Origin: Ranitomeya imitator | Lineage: Eukaryota | Length of the DNA: 64,000 nt | Direction of reading: 5' to 3' | Assembly (NCBI RefSeq): GCF_032444005.1 | Contig: NC_091284.1 | Coordinates: 14,942,001 to 15,006,000 of the forward strand | The notes under the pieces: generated by a model | Databases searched by the model: none | Seen by the model: only the letters and a program-made list of their open reading frames with translations | What the model was told of the DNA's origin: nothing | Shown here: piece after piece, positions 62,335 through 64,000 of the stretch | How positions within the stretch are numbered: position 1 is the stretch's first letter | How the letters are laid out: each line of letters opens with the position of its first letter | Program-made: the position numbers and the translations under genes

Positions 62335-63333
62335 TTGAAGAAAAATATGTTACCTCCATTACGAACCCTTTTTTGAAATTTATCCGTTTATTTCTTAGAT
62401 TCGCAGACGATATTTTTATCGTCTGGGATGGTTCCCATAATGATTTTGACTCCTTTGTTGAGTATCTAAATGAGGTAAACAACGAAAACATGCAATTTAC
62501 AGCTTGCTATGGCGGTAATACTCTTGAATTTGCATAGCCCCATCGATAAGAACATCTATGCGGCCATAAATAAAAACTGGCACATTTTGCAAAATGACAG
62601 AGATTTATCAGCAGTGGCCATGAATCGGCCCAGATTTGGCTATAAGCGGACAAAAAATTTGGGCGACTTGTTAGTTACCAACAGGTTATCTCCGGTAGAT
62701 AGTAATTGGCTCACACGTGCACAACCAACAGGTAACCACAAGTGTGGAAACTGTAAGTTTTGCCATTTAAGACTGTTGGAGAATCCTATCCGCATAGGTC
62801 CTGTTCGCCATTTCGTTCGGCATTTAATCACATGCAAAACCCAATACGTAGTCTATTTAATTCTCTGCCCATGTCTTTTTTATTATATCGGCAAAACAAT
62901 ACGTCCGATGGTTACCAGATTTAAAGAGCATTATAACTCAGTATTATCTGGTAAAGGCTGCCCCCGGTTTATCAAACATGTACATGAGTACCACATGGCT
63001 TAGAAGTTGTAAAACACCCCGTGCAGGGCGGAGATCGCAATAAAATTTTACTACAACGGGAGGCAAAATGGATAATGGATACCAATGCCCAGGGACCTAT
63101 TGGTCTTAACGATAAATTAGACATGTCGATTTTCTTGTAATATCAGATAAGACTCTTTTTTTGTAATATCAGAGAAGATTCTTTTTTCATATATGCTTGA
63201 TAATGTTACAATTTATTTGTGCTTGTTAATATTGTTTTTGCACTTAACTATTTGTGTTTTTAATTCACACACCTGCAAGTATTACGTCAGCTGGTTCCCT
63301 ATAAAGGATATGACGTTTTTAATTTGTGCACCT

Positions 63334-63373
63334 GGACCCGTTGAAGCGCATTTGCGCGAAACGATCGTCGTCC
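63334..63373 (+). ncRNA. Minimal type I hammerhead-like ribozyme (variant core) in the PLE 3' region
   Basis: GGAC-CCGTTGA-A-GCGCatttGCGC-GAA-ACGATCGT-C-GTCC. Confidence 0.65.
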
Positions 63374-64000
63374 TTTTTTCCTTCTCCCCGCACCATTACC
63401 CGATCCCAGCCGCCTCTCCAAAAATGTTTTGTTTTACCGCACGATGAATAAAGAAAACTAATTTAGCAGTTCTTCTGGGTGAGTGCCACATTTTCTTCAT
63501 TACTATATGGACTGGACTTGGTTTTTTTCTTGTGAAGCACCCCCGTATCCTGCTTTATTTGTGCTTGCTGCATGACTCCCGTGGAGACACTGTGCTTCCT
63601 CGTTGTGAAGAGTTAGTGCATTTTGAGCCTGGTGCCGCCTACATACTCTTTTCTATTGTCTAGATACATAATACACATGATATACATTATGCATAACATT
63701 TAGAAAGCTAGTGACTAAACTGGGAGTACAACTGGTTAAACTAAGCTAATATAGAGCAGGAATATCTATATGAAGCATAAAGACATACCGGCAATGCAAT
63801 CGCAAGGGGGATGAAGTGAAGCGTCTTTCCTTGAAGAAAGTGAAAGGAAAAATGGAGGGAAATGGAGGCTGAGCTACCATAATGCATTGCAAAGGAGGAG
63901 GAGAATCAGACATGGATATTACAAAAACAGAAGATTGAACTGCCAACATAACTCTGACCGCTAGAGGGAGCCAAAGCATCACAAACAAATAAAGATATGA

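Larger units (their letters stand above)
60897..63661. mobile_element. Penelope-like element (GIY-YIG, Neptune-like), fold-back inverted duplication
   Basis: Minus arm 60895-62334 and plus arm ~62331-63661; RFADDIFIVW RT, CGNCKFC knuckle and YVVYLILCPCLFYYIGKT GIY-YIG; flanking 14-bp direct repeat AGATACATAATACA. Confidence 0.9.

Noticed and set aside
63746-63988. Minus-strand ORF with a hydrophobic start as the receptor's signal exon
   Set aside because: The nearby GTATGT donor gives phase 2 in that frame, while the V exon needs phase 1; the phase-1 frame is not signal-like.

Overview
This is eukaryotic, extremely repeat-rich vertebrate DNA. The repeat families are typical of anuran (probably hyloid/dendrobatid frog) genomes; the taxon is an inference. 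No prokaryotic features, CRISPR arrays, rRNA or tRNA genes are supported. One host gene can be reconstructed on the minus strand: an Ig V-set exon (36013-36357), a transmembrane exon (6761-6866) and a cytoplasmic exon (3590-3644). They have canonical splice sites, join in frame, and encode a CD200-receptor-like immune receptor with apparently a single Ig domain. Its 29-kb V-to-TM intron holds a six-level nest of transposons: Tc1 > solo LTR > solo LTR > L2 LINE > chromovirus > near-intact chromovirus. Other content includes a gag-protease-only Gmr1-like SCAN element, Harbinger- and piggyBac-type MITEs, two minisatellite-filled Helitrons, three young CR1 LINEs and several tandem arrays. At the right end is a fold-back Penelope-like element carrying variant minimal hammerhead ribozymes. 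The strongest mechanistic signals are (i) covarying 9-nt complementarity between the transcript start and the PBS in two chromovirus subfamilies, indicating tRNA-independent self-priming, (ii) apparent 6-bp G-initiated target duplications for those chromoviruses, and (iii) the inverted Penelope-like element with non-canonical hammerhead cores. All alignments and counts were done by eye.
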